Origin: Lama guanicoe
Taxonomy: Eukaryota
Direction of reading: 5' to 3'
DNA: 64,000 nt
NCBI GenBank assembly: GCA_013239625.1
Contig: MU053881.1
Coordinates: forward strand, 992,001 to 1,056,000
The translations under genes were made by a program, and so were the position numbers. Within the stretch, counting starts at the first letter, position 1. Every line of letters starts with the position of its first letter. This document shows, one piece after another, positions 25,761 through 38,935 of the stretch. Under the pieces are notes generated by a model, which saw nothing but the letters and a program-made list of their open reading frames with translations, was not told the DNA's origin and did not search any database.

Positions 25761-26379
25761 GAGGGAATGCCCGGCCACTACGGCTAAGCTGGCATATCGG
25801 CCAGGAAATGCCAGCCTTTCTGATGTTCCGAGAGAGTCTGGAAATCTGGTCACTTATGTGAAAATCCTGATTCTTGAGTTGGGGCAACTAATTCAAGCTT
25901 TTACAAACCCCTGAGAGAAGTCTCCCGATTGGTGGGTTAGGGAACCCCAGCCTCCATCGTCCAGCAAAGATGAACAGTTAAACAGCTATCCATGCTGAAA
26001 ACCAGCTCCAGGAGCGCTCGGGAGGCCACCTAAAACACTTCAGTGACACAGCGGAACGAAAACCTGAGGATAACTGCAAAGGAGAGATGGGAGACAGCTT
26101 CACTGTGCCTGCATCGTCCTGCCCCCAGTCTTGCTCAGGGCCAGGAGGGAGTTCCCCCGCCGAAAGTTTCCCTCACCAGGAAAGGGAGACCCGGGTGAGC
26201 GGCCAGCTTCCCCAGCCTCTCTGGGCAATGCACAAAGAGCCCACTTTGGTTTCATGCCACCCAGAGACCAGCAAAGCTGAGACGTATAGAAACAACTAGA
26301 AACCAGGAAGGACAGGGGCTCCCGCCAGCCGTGCAGGGGGAGTGACCTGCCCTGCGGAGGCCCCCAGCAGCTTCCACCA

Positions 26380-29300
26380 CTGAAGAAACCGATGGCCAGC
26401 AGGGCCGCGGCAGACCCCCTGTGGATTTTCCAGCTGAGGTTTTGGTTCACAGGTTTTCATGTTCACGGACACCAGGCACCTGCACCCTCTTGCTCCCTTC
26501 CTCCCCCCACCCTCAACACAGGATCTGCATGGGCAGCCAGCCCAGGCCCCTGCAGCCACGCAAGTGCAAAATGCTGACTTTGACCCCTCTGGTTGACCCT
26601 CACCACCGTGTGGACACCCAGGGCTAGCCTCTGACTGTGCACATGCATGCCATTGCCCTGATTCCTGTCACCAGCCTCCACTGCCATGTGTGCGCCCATG
26701 ATGAGACTCTGCAGCCAAAAAAAGTGGATGTCAACAGCCAGGGCTCAGGTAGCTGCAGTTGCCTCTGGTCCTCACTGCTGGCCCTGACTCTTCCACGAGT
26801 GTCTGCAACTGGACCCTGACGCTACACAGGTACCTCCAGCTGGCCCCATGCATGCTGCTGGCTCTGGCCACCACTACTGCCTGCCCTGGTCCCTAGCTTC
26901 TGGACCTGGGGGCCCCACTGAGAACCCCAAGAGTCCTTGCAGCCATTGCAGACCCCTTTTTTCTGAAATGATTGAATTTATTTGCATATTAGTTAGGAAA
27001 ACCCCACCACCATAAATAGTACAATATTTTAAAATTTAAGAAATCATGTCTATCTAAGATAGATAGTGTATTTGACTTGTTAGACCTCTTTAAGTGCAGA
27101 AAGTGGTTCAGGTTTTGCCTTTTTTAAAATTAAGTAGCTGCCCATATGCTTTATAAAGTTCCACTCCACCCTGCAGGTGAGGGTCTTTCCTTACTCAACT
27201 CAGTCCATAACGTCTGGAAATGCACAGAAAGCTATGCAAAGCTACAAAGATTTTGAAGAATTGGGGAAACATGATAACATCAAAGGAGCAGAGTAAACTT
27301 CCAATAACTGACCCAAAAGAAACAAGGTGCTTGAATTGCCTGATAAAGAATTCAAAATAATTGTTCTATAGATGCTCAGAAAGCTACAAGAGAACACAGA
27401 GAAACAATTTAATATGAAAACAGGAAAATGATATAAGAACAAAATGAAAAGTTCAACAAAGAGATGGAAAATATAAAAAAAGAGCCAAGTAAGTTTTGGA
27501 GCCGAAGAACACAATGACTGAACTGAAGAATTCGGCCCTGAACACCAGCAGCCAACGGGACCAGGCGGAAGAAAGAAGCAGTGAGCTGGAAGGCAGATCA
27601 TGTGAGGTTGTCTAGTCAGAGGAGCCAAAAGAAAAAAGAAGGAAAAGGAATGAGGAAAGCTGTGGGACGCGTTAAGAGAAACAGCCTATGCACTGTTAAA
27701 GTCCAAGGAGAAGGGGGGCGAACATGGCACAGCATTTATTTAAAGAAACAGTGGTTGAGAACTTCCCAAACTTTGGAGAGAGATTTGGACATTTAAGTTC
27801 ATGAAGCTCATAGGTCACCCCAAAGTGACCTTTTCCAAGGCATATGATAATAAGCTATCTAAAAGTGAAGACAAGGATGATTTTAAAAGCAGCAAGACAA
27901 AAACTTTGTCTCATACAGGAGAATCCCAATAAGGCTCTCCATGGATTTCTCAGCAGAAACCTTACAGGCCAGGAGGGGGTGGAATGATATATTCAAAGTG
28001 CTGGAGGGAAGAAAGTACCAGCAAAAAATGCTCTGCCTGGCAAAGTTGTCTTTCAGAAATGAAGGCAAGATAAAGACTTTTCCAAACAAACAAAAGCTGA
28101 GGGAGTTCACCACTACTAGTCTTGTCTTATGAGAAATGCAGAAAGTTCTTCAACCTGAAACAAAAGGACTCTAATTAGTAATGTGAAAATGTGAAAATAA
28201 CATGCCACACTGGTAGGGGTAAGTATATAGTCAAAATCAGAATGTTCTAATTCTAATTCCAAAGTAGCTATCACTACAATAATTTGTTCATGGACACACA
28301 GTATAAAAAGATGTAAATTACGATGTCACAGGAATAGAAAGGATTGTAAGAGACTGCTATGAGCAAATGTACACCAACAACTTGGACAACCTAGAAGAAA
28401 TGGATAGATTCCTAGAACCATACCTCCTACCATGACTGACTCATGAAGAAATAGAAAATCTAAACAGACCTGCAGTGAGTGGGGAGATTGAATCTGTAAT
28501 CAAAACCTCTAAACAGAGAAAAAAGTCCACGACTACATTGTATTACGAGTGAATTCTACCAGATATTAAAGAATTAATGTCAGTTCTTCTCAGACTCTTC
28601 CAAAAATTTGGAGAGGAAGGAACACTCCTAAACTCATTTTTATGAGGCCAGCACTATCCTGATACCAAAGCCAGATAAAGATATTATAAGAAAAGAAAAC
28701 TACAGGCCAGTTTCCCCAAGGAATATAGATGGAAAAATTCTCAATAAAATATTAAAACCAAATTCAGCAGCACATTAAAAAGATTGTACACTGTGATCAA
28801 GTGGGATTTATCCCTGGGATGCAGGGTTGGTTCAACATATGTGAATCAATAAATGTGATATAGAATGAAAAATAAAATTCATATCGTTATTTCAATAGAT
28901 GCAGAAAAAAGCATTTGACAAAATTCAACCTCTTGCATGATAAAAACTAAACAAATTCAGTGTAGAAGGAACATACTTCAACATAATAAAAGCCAGGTAT
29001 GTGACAAGCCCATAGCTGACATCACACTCAATGGTGAAAAGTTGAAAGCTTTCTCTCTAAGATCATGAATAAGACAGGGGTGCCCATTCTCACCACCTCT
29101 ATTCAATATAGTACTGGAAATTCTAGCCAGAGCAGTCAGGTAATAAAAAGAAATAAAAGGCATCCAAATTGGAAAAAAAAATTGTTCCTGTTTCTTGTTG
29201 ACATGATCTTGCATGTAGAAAATCATAAAGACTCTATCAAAAAAAATGTTAGAACAAATCCAGTAAAGTTTTAGGATACAAAAATCAACATAAAAATCAG

Positions 29301-31290
29301 TTGCATTTCTATACACTAATAGTGAACTAGCGGAAAAAGAAATAAAACGTTCTTATTTACAATAGCATCTAAGATAGTAAAATACTTAGGCATAAATTTA
29401 CCCAAGAAGTGAAGGATTTATGCACCAAAAACTCTAAGATACTGATGAAAGATACTGAAGAAGACACAGATAAATGGGATGATGTACTGTGTTCAGGGGT
29501 CAGAAGAGTTAATATTGTTAAAATGTCCATAGTACCCCAAATCATTTATAGATTCAATGCAATTCCTGTGAAAATCCCAAATTCCGATAGAAAAAACAAT
29601 CCTAAAATTTTTATGGAACCATAAAATACCTCAAAGAGTCAAAGCAATCTTGAGAAAGAACAAAGCTTGGAGGCATAATACTTTCTGTTTTCAAGCTATA
29701 TTACAAAGCTATAGTAATCAAAACAGTATGGTACTGACATAACAACAGATACACAGACCAAGGGAACAGAATCAAGAGCCCAGAAATAACCTTATGCATA
29801 TACAATCAACTTATATTTGACAAGAGAGCCAAGAATACTCAATGTGGGAAGATAGCCTCTTCAATAAATGGTGGTAGGCAGATTGGATATTCATATGCAA
29901 AAGGATGAAACTGGACCCCTACCCTACACCACTCACAAAAATTAACTGGGTTAACTTGGAAACAGATTAAAGACTTGAATGTAAGACTTGAAGCCATAGA
30001 ACTCCTAGAAGAAAATTTAGGGGAAAAGCTCCTTGACATTGGGTATTACGCCAAAAGCATGAACAATAAAAGCAAAAATCAACAAATGGGAATACATCAA
30101 ATGAAATAACTCGTGCATAGCCAAAGAACTACCAGCAAAATGAAGCAAAATGAAGCAAAATGAAAAGGCAACCTACAGAATGGGAGGAAGCATTTGCAAA
30201 TCGGATAAGGGGTTGATGCCCAAAATACATAAAGAACTCATACAATTCAAAAGCAAGAAAAAAAGAAAGAAAGAAAGAGAAAGGAAAAAGAAAAGAAAAT
30301 CCAGGTAAAAAATGGGCAAAGGACTCGAATAGATTTTTTTTTTCCCAAAAAAGACATGCAAATGGCCAAGAAATACATGAAAAGGTGCTCAACATTACTA
30401 ATCATCAGGGAAACCCAAATCAAACCCACAAAGAGATATCATCTCACATCTGTTAGAATGGCTGTTAAACACACAAGAAATAACATGTGTTGGTGAGGCC
30501 GTGGAGAAAGGGAACCCTTGTGCAGTGCTGGTGGGAATGGAAATTGGTTTAGTCACTGTGGAGGTTCCTCGAAAAATTAAAAATAGAACTATTATGTGAT
30601 CAACCATTCCACTTCTGGGAATGTGTCCAAAGAAAATGAAAACAGAATATCGAAGAGGTAGCTGCACTCTCTTGTTCATTACAGCATTGTTCACAACGGA
30701 CATGGAGACATTCCAAATATCCATCTAGGAATGACAAATTGATAAAGAAATGTGGTGCATACGTACGATGGAATATTACCTGGCCTTTATAATGAAGAAG
30801 ATCTTGCCATTTGCAACAATATGGCTGGCACTGAAGGATATTATGCTAAGTGAAATAAACTAGACACAGAAAGACAAATACTGTTAAGATCTCACTTACG
30901 CACGGGATCTAAAAACTCAGAGAAGTCGAGTGTTGGATGGTGATTGCCGGGGGCTGGGGAGAGGAGGAAGTGGGAAGTGATGGTCAAAGGGTGCAGAATT
31001 TCAGTTATGCAAGATAAGGAAGTTCTGGAGATCTTTCATACAGCACACTGCCTATAGCTAACAATACTCTGTCATATAATTAAAATTTGCTAAGAGAGTT
31101 GATGTTATATGTAGGATTCTTACCACAAAGAATGATAACAGTAAAGGGTGTGGAGGATGCTGTGAGAGGCGCTGGCTGTTCATGGCTCTCATCGTGGTCA
31201 GAGTTTCATGAGTGTGTACTCATTCCCAAACTCAGTGAGTTGTATACGTTAACTGTGTGCATCTTTTTACGTGGTTTATGGATAATGAAC
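26380..31290 (+). mobile_element. Long decayed L1 (5'UTR, ORF1, internally deleted ORF2, 3'UTR)
   Basis: ORF1 peptide DFSAETLQARRGWNDIFKVLE...KLSFRNEGKIKTFPNKQKLREFTTT (27941-28132); RT-region remnants from about 28330 to 30900 (e.g. RVNIVKMSIVPQIIYRFNAIPVKIP); many stops and frameshifts. Confidence 0.93.
26957..27155 (-). pseudogene. Short AT-rich 3'UTR-like insert (possible 5'-truncated retrocopy) within the L1 5' region
   Basis: The minus strand ends ...tatgcaAATAAAttcaatcatttcagAAAAAA; the AT-rich composition contrasts sharply with the flanking L1 5'UTR. Parent gene not recognised. Confidence 0.45.
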
Positions 31291-32138
31291 CCAAAAACCC
31301 AAAGTGTGGCAGCTGGATGGGGCAGTGATGGCAGCAGGGACTCAAGGGGAGGGCACAGCCATGTGGCTGCAGTTGAGGGCTTGGAATTGGGTGGGTAGGC
31401 GGTTCTGAGCCAGGCATTGAAAGAGAATTGGCGTTTACTAGATGATCAAGGTTGGGGACAGGAGCAGGGAACCCAGAGGCCAGACGGTGTGCAGTGTGTT
31501 GGAAGGACAGGGCTGTTTCAGGGACTGGTGCATAGTGTGTGAGCTGGGGGCGGGGAGGGCAGTGGCAGGCTGAGAGCCTTGGACGCCAGAGTACAGAGCA
31601 GCCCGACTTCTGATGGAAACAGGGGTCCGTCGAGGGCTTTGCAGCTTGGAAGGTCCATAGCCGGTTCTGGGGGAAGCTGAGGTTCAGTTGCTGTACAGTC
31701 TGGGCTGGGGACCCTCGTGGATGAAAGGATGAACAGTGGGGACTATGGCCAGCTGCAGGGATGCATGCTCCACCCATGGTGTCTACTGCTGGGCAGCGCG
31801 CACTGTGGTCACAGCCTGTGTTTTCCACGGAAAGCTGGAATTCCATTTTTGAAATGTGAAATTGCAGCATTTTGAGTGTTGGGTTCAGAGCTTTGAAAAT
31901 ACTGTTTGGGTCCAACTGAACATGTCTGTGACAGATTCAGTTCCCAGCTGCAGTTTTGGACTTTGGGCTCCTGGAGGCGAGGGTGGGGCTGACCCAGGCA
32001 GAACCCTTTCCTCAGATGGGTTTCCCCACCGTCCAGTGGCTCTGCCCTGGTGGCTAGAAGTGGAGGCTCTGGAATGAGGGGGCCTCTAGGGCCACCTGTC
32101 CATGCCCTCCCCAGCCCAGGGCTCAAGCCAGCACCTAG

Positions 32139-32456
<318 letters not shown>

Positions 32457-35077
32457 TGAACCCTGAATGTTCTCCCAGGGGTCTCAGGCACCCTCTCTGC
32501 AGGCCTGGTCCCAGGTCGAGGCTGAGACCTGCCCTTGGTGACCGCACAGCACCGTGGTCTGGGTGCATGTGGGTCATAAACCTGCGGGTCTGAGGCCTCC
32601 ATAGCGGGCAGTCAAGGCTGCCTGAGGGCCTTACCTTCTGCTCTCCGAGGGTTGGCAGGTGTCAGCGATCACGGGGAGTCCAGCCCAGGCCTGTGCCCCA
32701 GCCTCAGTCCCGCGCCTGTCTCTGAGCCTGTGCGTCTGCCGAAGGCGTCTGCTGCCCGCAGACAGCCTCTCCCCTGCCCCTGCACTGCGCTGTCCCTGCG
32801 AAGGTGACCGCCCCTCCCGGGCTGCTCACAGAGAAAGGCCTGAGCGCCCCTTTGGCCCTTTTGGATCCTGCTCCCTCTGGGAGACAGCGAGGTGCCGGGA
32901 GGGGAAGGGAGTGCTCCACAGAGACCCCCGAGGTGCACCCAGTGGCCTCGGCACCCTGTGCACAGGCTCATGTGAAAAGTGTGCTCTGGGCCCAGGAGCG
33001 TGGGAGGTGCTGCTGGGCAGGCTCGGTGCAGCCTCTCCGGACCCTCCGGGAGGCCAGGCCCACCCCCAGCCCATCCCTCCCCAGCGTTCTCAGGGTCTGG
33101 GTCCCGGGTCGCAGCCAGACCAGGTCGAGCTCTGGCTGTGGTCCTTGCAAGACTGGCTCTTGTGGAGCGGGCTCAGCCCTCAGTGTCTGTTTCCAGACCC
33201 TTTGCTCTGCTCAGTCACGGCAAGTGGCAAGGGCAGGGCTTGGAGGCCTGGGTCTCAGGTCAGGCTCCGCTGCCTGTTTGCAGGAAGCCCCGGGGGGCCA
33301 GCCCAGCGTGCTGTGATTAGCCAGGACTCTCCCAGCGCCCCAAGCAGCCCTGGCTCATTTATTTGAGGCCTCTCTGACTTCCTAGCTGACAGATAAATTG
33401 GGTGCAGCCTGGCAGGGCACCATTCTAATTTCAAGGAACGCTGTCAGGTACCTTTGCAAAGGAATTGCTCCACCAGGAAGCAGGGCTCTCTAGAGCCGAT
33501 CGATACGTCCGGCAGGCCCTTCTTCTCAGGGGATGAATCGATGTCTTTCTGGGCTGCTGACAGCAGGGGGGGCCCCCAGGCGCTGCCCGCCGGCCTCCCC
33601 CAGCTTCGGCCCCTCCTGCCTCTTTCCCACTCTTGGGCTTCTCTGCATGGGGAGGAATGGAGAATAACCCCATGGGTGAGGGCAGGAGTGAGAATGGGGC
33701 AGGGGACGTGCTCCCAATCAGGGATCAGGGCCCCCGGTTTTGCTCCTTGCTGGTTGTCCGCCCTTGGGCAGGTTTGGGCCTCTGGTCTCTGCCTTCTCGT
33801 CTGTGCAGAGGGATTAAAAGTGCCTGCGTCTGAGACAAATGAGGGCCTGGCCACTGTGGGCTCGGGGCTTCCGGGCTAGCCTCTGCTGGGAGACTTGAGG
33901 TTCCTGGGGGGGCCCCCCTGCTTAGGCTGGGCGAGGTGAGGCTGCCAGGCGCCCTGGCCATGCTGCCAGACTCAGATTCCATGTGGTACCTGTCCCCTGG
34001 GCACAGCAGCCCTCCCCTGTGGCCTGGCCAGCCTTGCCTGATTCTCGGGGCTTCTGTGGGTCTTTTGGCATCTTCTCTTGAATCCTTCCCCCCACGCCCT
34101 CTGCCTATCTGTCTTCTGTGAAAACTTGGAACTCAGAATGCAGGAAAGGAATTTCAAACTCTGAATAAGCCCAGAAACCATTGACCTTAGAAGATTCTGG
34201 GGACAGCCAACTGCATGGTCTGGGGCTGGGGCTGCACTGAAGTGGGAGGGGTCGGGGGAGCTGTCCCAGGCTGAGCTCTAGACCTCAGCCCTCAGCCCTG
34301 GGCTGTGGGTGTTTCGGCTCCGGGCTGTGGGCCAAGGACAGTGGGTCTGGGCCACAGACCCAGAGTCTGGCACCAAGCCTCCTTTCCTTGACGTCCCTGC
34401 CCAGTGTCAGCTTGACCCCGTGCGGATGACTTGTCCACGGAGAGCACATTTCTCCTTGCATGTGCCTGATTGTTTCCACTGGGCCCAGGGCTGAGGCCCA
34501 CTCGCTGGCTGGAGGTGGTCCAGACACATTTTATGCTGGGGCTGCTCTGAGTGACTTCAGACGGTCCAGCCCTCCGTCAGCCTGGGCCTCGCCAGGGCCC
34601 GCAGGGGCAGCAAGGAGATACATAAAAGCGGTGTCCTTGGCTGGGCGTGCACCCGGCCTCTGTGCTTTTTCCTGCGAGAGGACACAGCCTGCTGGGCGCA
34701 GGACACCAGGACCTCTTTGCAAAGGCTCTCAATGTGTATGTATAAGCCAGGGGACCCTCCTTCCGGTGAATTCTGATGGGAACCCTGACGTATCGGTGTG
34801 GCCCTGGCCAAAGCAGGCAGGAGGTGCTGACCGGAGGCTTCCTCCCGCCCCACAAGGGACTTCTGGAAGCAAGTTTGAAACACCCACTTACTGACAGGCC
34901 GTGGATATAATGGGTCCTCTGAGGAAGGGGAAAGGCTGTCCTGGGCCTCCTGGCCTGGGAGATTGGCATCTGGCTGGGTGTGGGTGTGAGAATAGGGCTG
35001 GGGGTGCCTGTGGGGATTGGTGGGGGTGTGGGGGTGCCTTGGAGGGTGGTGAGAGTCAGGGCATCTGATCCCCAGGG

Positions 35078-35502
35078 GAGGGGACAGCACGCTCAGGACA
35101 CCCTGGGAAACAGTCTGGCAATTTCCTCAAAAGGTTCAACCTAGAGTTACCCTGTGACCCAGCAATTCTTCTAGGTTTGTACCCAAGAGTAATGAAATTA
35201 TGTGTCAACACAAAAACCACACAGGAGAAGACAGTGTCGGGGAGGCAGCGTGTGCAGAGGCGGCTCGCAGGCCCCGGGGAGCAGGATCTGGGCCTGAGGC
35301 TCAGTTCCAGTCCCAGAGTCAGTGTGGCCATTCTCCCCAAGTCACCTCTGTCACTCCCGTTAAATGAGGTGAGCGGCCCCTCCCAGTGCTGTTTAAGAGA
35401 AGGCGGGGCTTATAAAAGAGGCGTACGCCCAACTCAGGCTCCAGACACGTTTTGAACAGCCCACGTCCAATTTTTTAATTGCAGAAATGTCTCGCAGAAT
35501 TA
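35078..35502 (+). repeat. Inverted duplication, copy A (partner 53352-53778)
   Basis: Reverse-complement match with about 9 substitutions and one 2-bp indel by my manual count; mirrored ORFs at 35056-35340(-) / 53516-53851(+) and 35177-35455(+) / 53341-53679(-). Confidence 0.97.
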
Positions 35503-36429
35503 AGAGTTCCACAGGGTATCTGTGGCTGGTGGGTGTGGGTATGGGGGTTGCCTGTGGGGGGATTGGTGGGGGGTACCTTTGGGGAGGGGGTGCCTGTAGG
35601 GGTGGGGGTGTCTCACTCAGCCCCTCCAGGGCACTGAGCCTCGTTGCTGTTGCTTTGTTTCCCTGAGCCGCCAGCAGGCTTCCTGGGGTGACCTCAGGGG
35701 CTCCTGGAGCCTCACTAATGGTCAGCTGCTGGGCTGCCGGCTGCCTGGGGAAATGGATGGAAAGTGAAGGTTTTAACGTATCTTCCGGGACTCAGGGCAG
35801 GGTCGGGGGTGTGCACTGGGCAGCTTGAGCCCAGGAGGAGAGTACTGGGGTGGGCAAGGGGTCGAGGGAGACTGGGGAGACATCTCTCCTCACTGGCCTC
35901 ACGGGTGTTACAGAAGCATCTCTGCTTGGCTCTGCTGGGCCTGGGAGCCTGGCTGGGCCAGGAGGGCAGAGCTCTGAGCCCAGGCTGCCAGTGTGGCCTT
36001 TTAGAGAGAGGCGATTCAGGCATCTTCAGGCCTCCCCTGGGATGGACTCTTCTCCAGCACCCTGAGTCCCATTCTCAGTCCTCCCTAGAGCCAGCCCTGT
36101 GCCTGGGGCCATATGTTGGGAGGTGTGCTCTGTGACACTGGCCTCTCTGGTGCTTGCATGTGAACGTGTGTATGTGTGTCTGCACGTGTGGGCATGCACT
36201 TGTGTTTGCATTTGCACGCAAGCATGGACAGAGCCTCACTCCGAGCTCTGGGCCCCTGCCTGAGCCCTGCCCTGGCTGCCATCTGTCACCACTGTCTGGG
36301 GCTGTGATGGGAAGCCAGGGCCAGGGGGTGTGGGGTGAGGAGCCCCCAGCCCAGCCGGGAAGCCCTGCTCAGAGCTTGCACGGGGTGATCCTGGAATGTC
36401 ACACGACTCCAAGTCTCAGGCTGCCATGG

Positions 36430-36670
36430 CCCACTCCCACCTGCCGGGCGGCTTGAAACACCCGCAGCTCATCCTCTCATAGTTTGGGAGGGCAGAAGCC
36501 TGAAATCAGTGTCGCTGGGCTGAAATGGAGGTGTGGGCAGGGCTGGGTTCCTTCCGGAGGGTCTGGGGGAGTTTGTTCCTTGCCGGTCCCAGCTTCTGGT
36601 GGCTGCTAGCGTTTCTTGGCTTGTGGCTGCGTCCCTCCAGTCTCTGCCTGCCTCTGTGGTCATGTACCAC
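36430..36670 (-). mobile_element. MaLR LTR (MLT1-like) fragment
   Basis: cctctcatagtttgggagggcagaagcctgaaatcagtgtcgctgggctgaaatggaggtgtgggcagggctgggttccttccggagg. Confidence 0.7.
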
Positions 36671-37079
36671 ATAGGACCCGGTACCTTTGGGGGCCACCAC
36701 TCAGCTTGTGCAGGGAGTGAGCCGCCTCCCTTACTAGGCTGGCTGTGCAGTGAATGGGGAGCGCATTCGTGGAGGAGCAACACTGCCGGCGTCTTTCACT
36801 TCTTCTCAGGGGACGGTGCTCAGGCACAGCTCAGGCAGGCCCCTTGCCCCGCTTCTGCCTCAGCTGGACCCTGGTGCGGTGCAGTTTCAGCCAGACTGTG
36901 GGGCCTGGAGAAGCTGGGCGGAGCCCGAGAGACCACGCGCATGGAGAAGCCGGCCTTGCAGAACTTGGGATTCCGGGAAGATCCCCGCTTGCTAGGAAAG
37001 ATCCCTGGGCCGCGTGCTGGGCATGTGGTCTCTGTCAGGCACACAGTGCCAGTCGCAGGAAGTCGTGCCATTCCCAGGA

Positions 37080-37520
37080 CAAGGGCTGCAAACTCAGAGG
37101 CCTGCAGGGCTCGGCAGGCAGGGCCAGTAGGACAGCACAGAGGATCAGAAAAAGAATGGCAGCCACCCTTGGTCTGGCTCTCGTTTTCCTGCCTTGGATA
37201 CAAACCCGGCCGCAGAGAGTGCATCTCTGCTAAAGTGGGAACAGCAGCGTGAGTGCGGGGGCACATGGCGTCTGGCCTGGGCCTCACCGCGGGCACAGGA
37301 CGGACGGGAGACCTTGTCCCCAGGGCAGCCCCTCCTTGGCTCCTTTGATTGAGACCTAGTGGGAGTGTGGGCCGGGGGGCAGCCAGTCCTCTTACTGTCA
37401 AGAGAATCCAGACATCAGAACTTTTATGTGAACTCTCCTGATTTTAAAGCGTTGCTTCAAGTTTCTGAAAAGCACCATATGGGCCAAATAAAACACGACC
37501 CCCAGGGGCCACCTGTGCTT
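37080..37520 (+). mobile_element. hAT-Charlie-type MITE (MER102-like)
   Basis: agggctgcaaactcagaggcctgcaggg 5' end; internal tcaagagaatccagacatcagaacttttatgtgaactctcctgattttaaa; gggccaaataaaacac 3' end. Related fragments at about 25810-25900, 46520-46630 and 47560-47730. Confidence 0.5.
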
Positions 37521-38489
37521 TATGAGATGCACAGGCGGAAGTGTCCCTTGCCCTCCTCATGGGCCCTCTGCGGTCCCCGGGTAGGGCCTTGGGACAGAGG
37601 AGGAGCTGTGGGCTCCTGCGGGGCAGGTGGTTCCCGGCCCGCAGTGCCTCCCGCCCCGCCTCGCTCCGGGCCTGGGCCGAGGAAGGAGCAGTCAGACAGC
37701 TCCGTGCCTGTGACCTTGGCTGCCTCCTCCTCGGAAACAGCCAGTGCCAAGCCTCTGCCCGCCGCTGTCTGGCTGCGGCGTCCTCCCTGGCGGGCAGAGG
37801 AGGCACACTGCCCTCGGGAGCGCTCTGCCCTGCTGCTGCCAGGGGAAGCCTGTGAAGAGAGAGGGGTTGGGGAGCCAGCGCTGCGTGGCTCCTCCACGTG
37901 GCCAAGCGTGGCCCGCCGGCACAGTCTCCACCCGGCGGCCCACAGCCCTCCCTCCCCTCCTGACCCGCTGCGTGGCTCTGCCCCGTCCCGGTGCCCTGAG
38001 CCACGTAGTCTTCCAGGCTGCCAAGGAGCCAGGAGTGAAGCTCATGGCAGGCGCTTGGGCCAGGAGCTGGAGGGTTGGAGCTGATGCCCGGCGCTCACGG
38101 AGGCCACAGACTAGAATGTTCCAGGGTCTGCATGAAGTCCCGCAGGCAGTGGGCAGCCTCAGCAAGGGAAAGGGCCTGACAGATGGTTCTGTGTTTTAGC
38201 CAGCCTGGTCTGGTCCTGGATGAAGGCCGGCCGGGAGGCCAGGGCAATGGTGCCCGGAGTGAGTGTATCCCTGTTAAGACAGGCCACGGATGGGAAGTGG
38301 GCAAGGCTCCACTGAGTGGCAGGAAGATGGCCAGGCCTGCCTCAGTGATGCAGTGGGTGTGAGTCATAAGGGCCCAGCCAAGGGTGAAGCCTGACGGGGG
38401 GTGGGGGGCAGGGATTGGGGATAACAGGCAGCGGGTGTGGAGGGGGCGTTAGCCTGCTGGAAGCCAGACTCGGGGGGCTTTCTGCCCTA

Positions 38490-38935
38490 CAGCGGTCTTA
38501 GGGTCCTGTTGCAAGTTATCACAAACTTAGTGTCTTGAAACAACACAGATTTATTCTCTTATAGTTCCAGAGGTCAGAGGTCCAAAATGGATCTGAGGGG
38601 CTAAAATCAAGGTGTCAGTGGGGCTGGCTTCCTCTAGCGACCTGAGAGGCGACCCTGTTCTTGGCCTCTCCCAGCTTCTGAGAGCCCTGGGCACTCCTTG
38701 GCTTGTGGCTGCATCACTCCAGTCTCCGCTCTGTGTTCACAGCCCCTTCCCCTCATCTGCGGTCAAGTTTCTCTCTGTCCGTCTCTTATGAGGACACTTA
38801 CGATTATGTTTGACTCACTGGGATAATCCAGCAGCGTCTTCTCATGTCAGGATTCTTAACTTAATCACATCTGCTAAGTCTTTTTAGCTGTATAATTTAC
38901 TCACAGGTTCTGGGGATGAGGGTGAATCCTGGCCA
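38490..38935 (-). mobile_element. MaLR LTR (MLT1-like) solo LTR
   Basis: acaaacttagtgtcttgaaacaacacagatttattctcttatagttccagaggtcagagg ... gattcttaacttaatcacatctgctaagtc. Confidence 0.85.

Noticed and set aside
26380..31290. Potentially active L1
   Set aside because: Numerous stops and frameshifts, and a missing endonuclease region.
35056..35455. ORF pairs shared with 53341-53851, suggesting a duplicated gene
   Set aside because: The identity comes from the recent DNA duplication; part is L1-derived and a 2-bp indel changes the frame.
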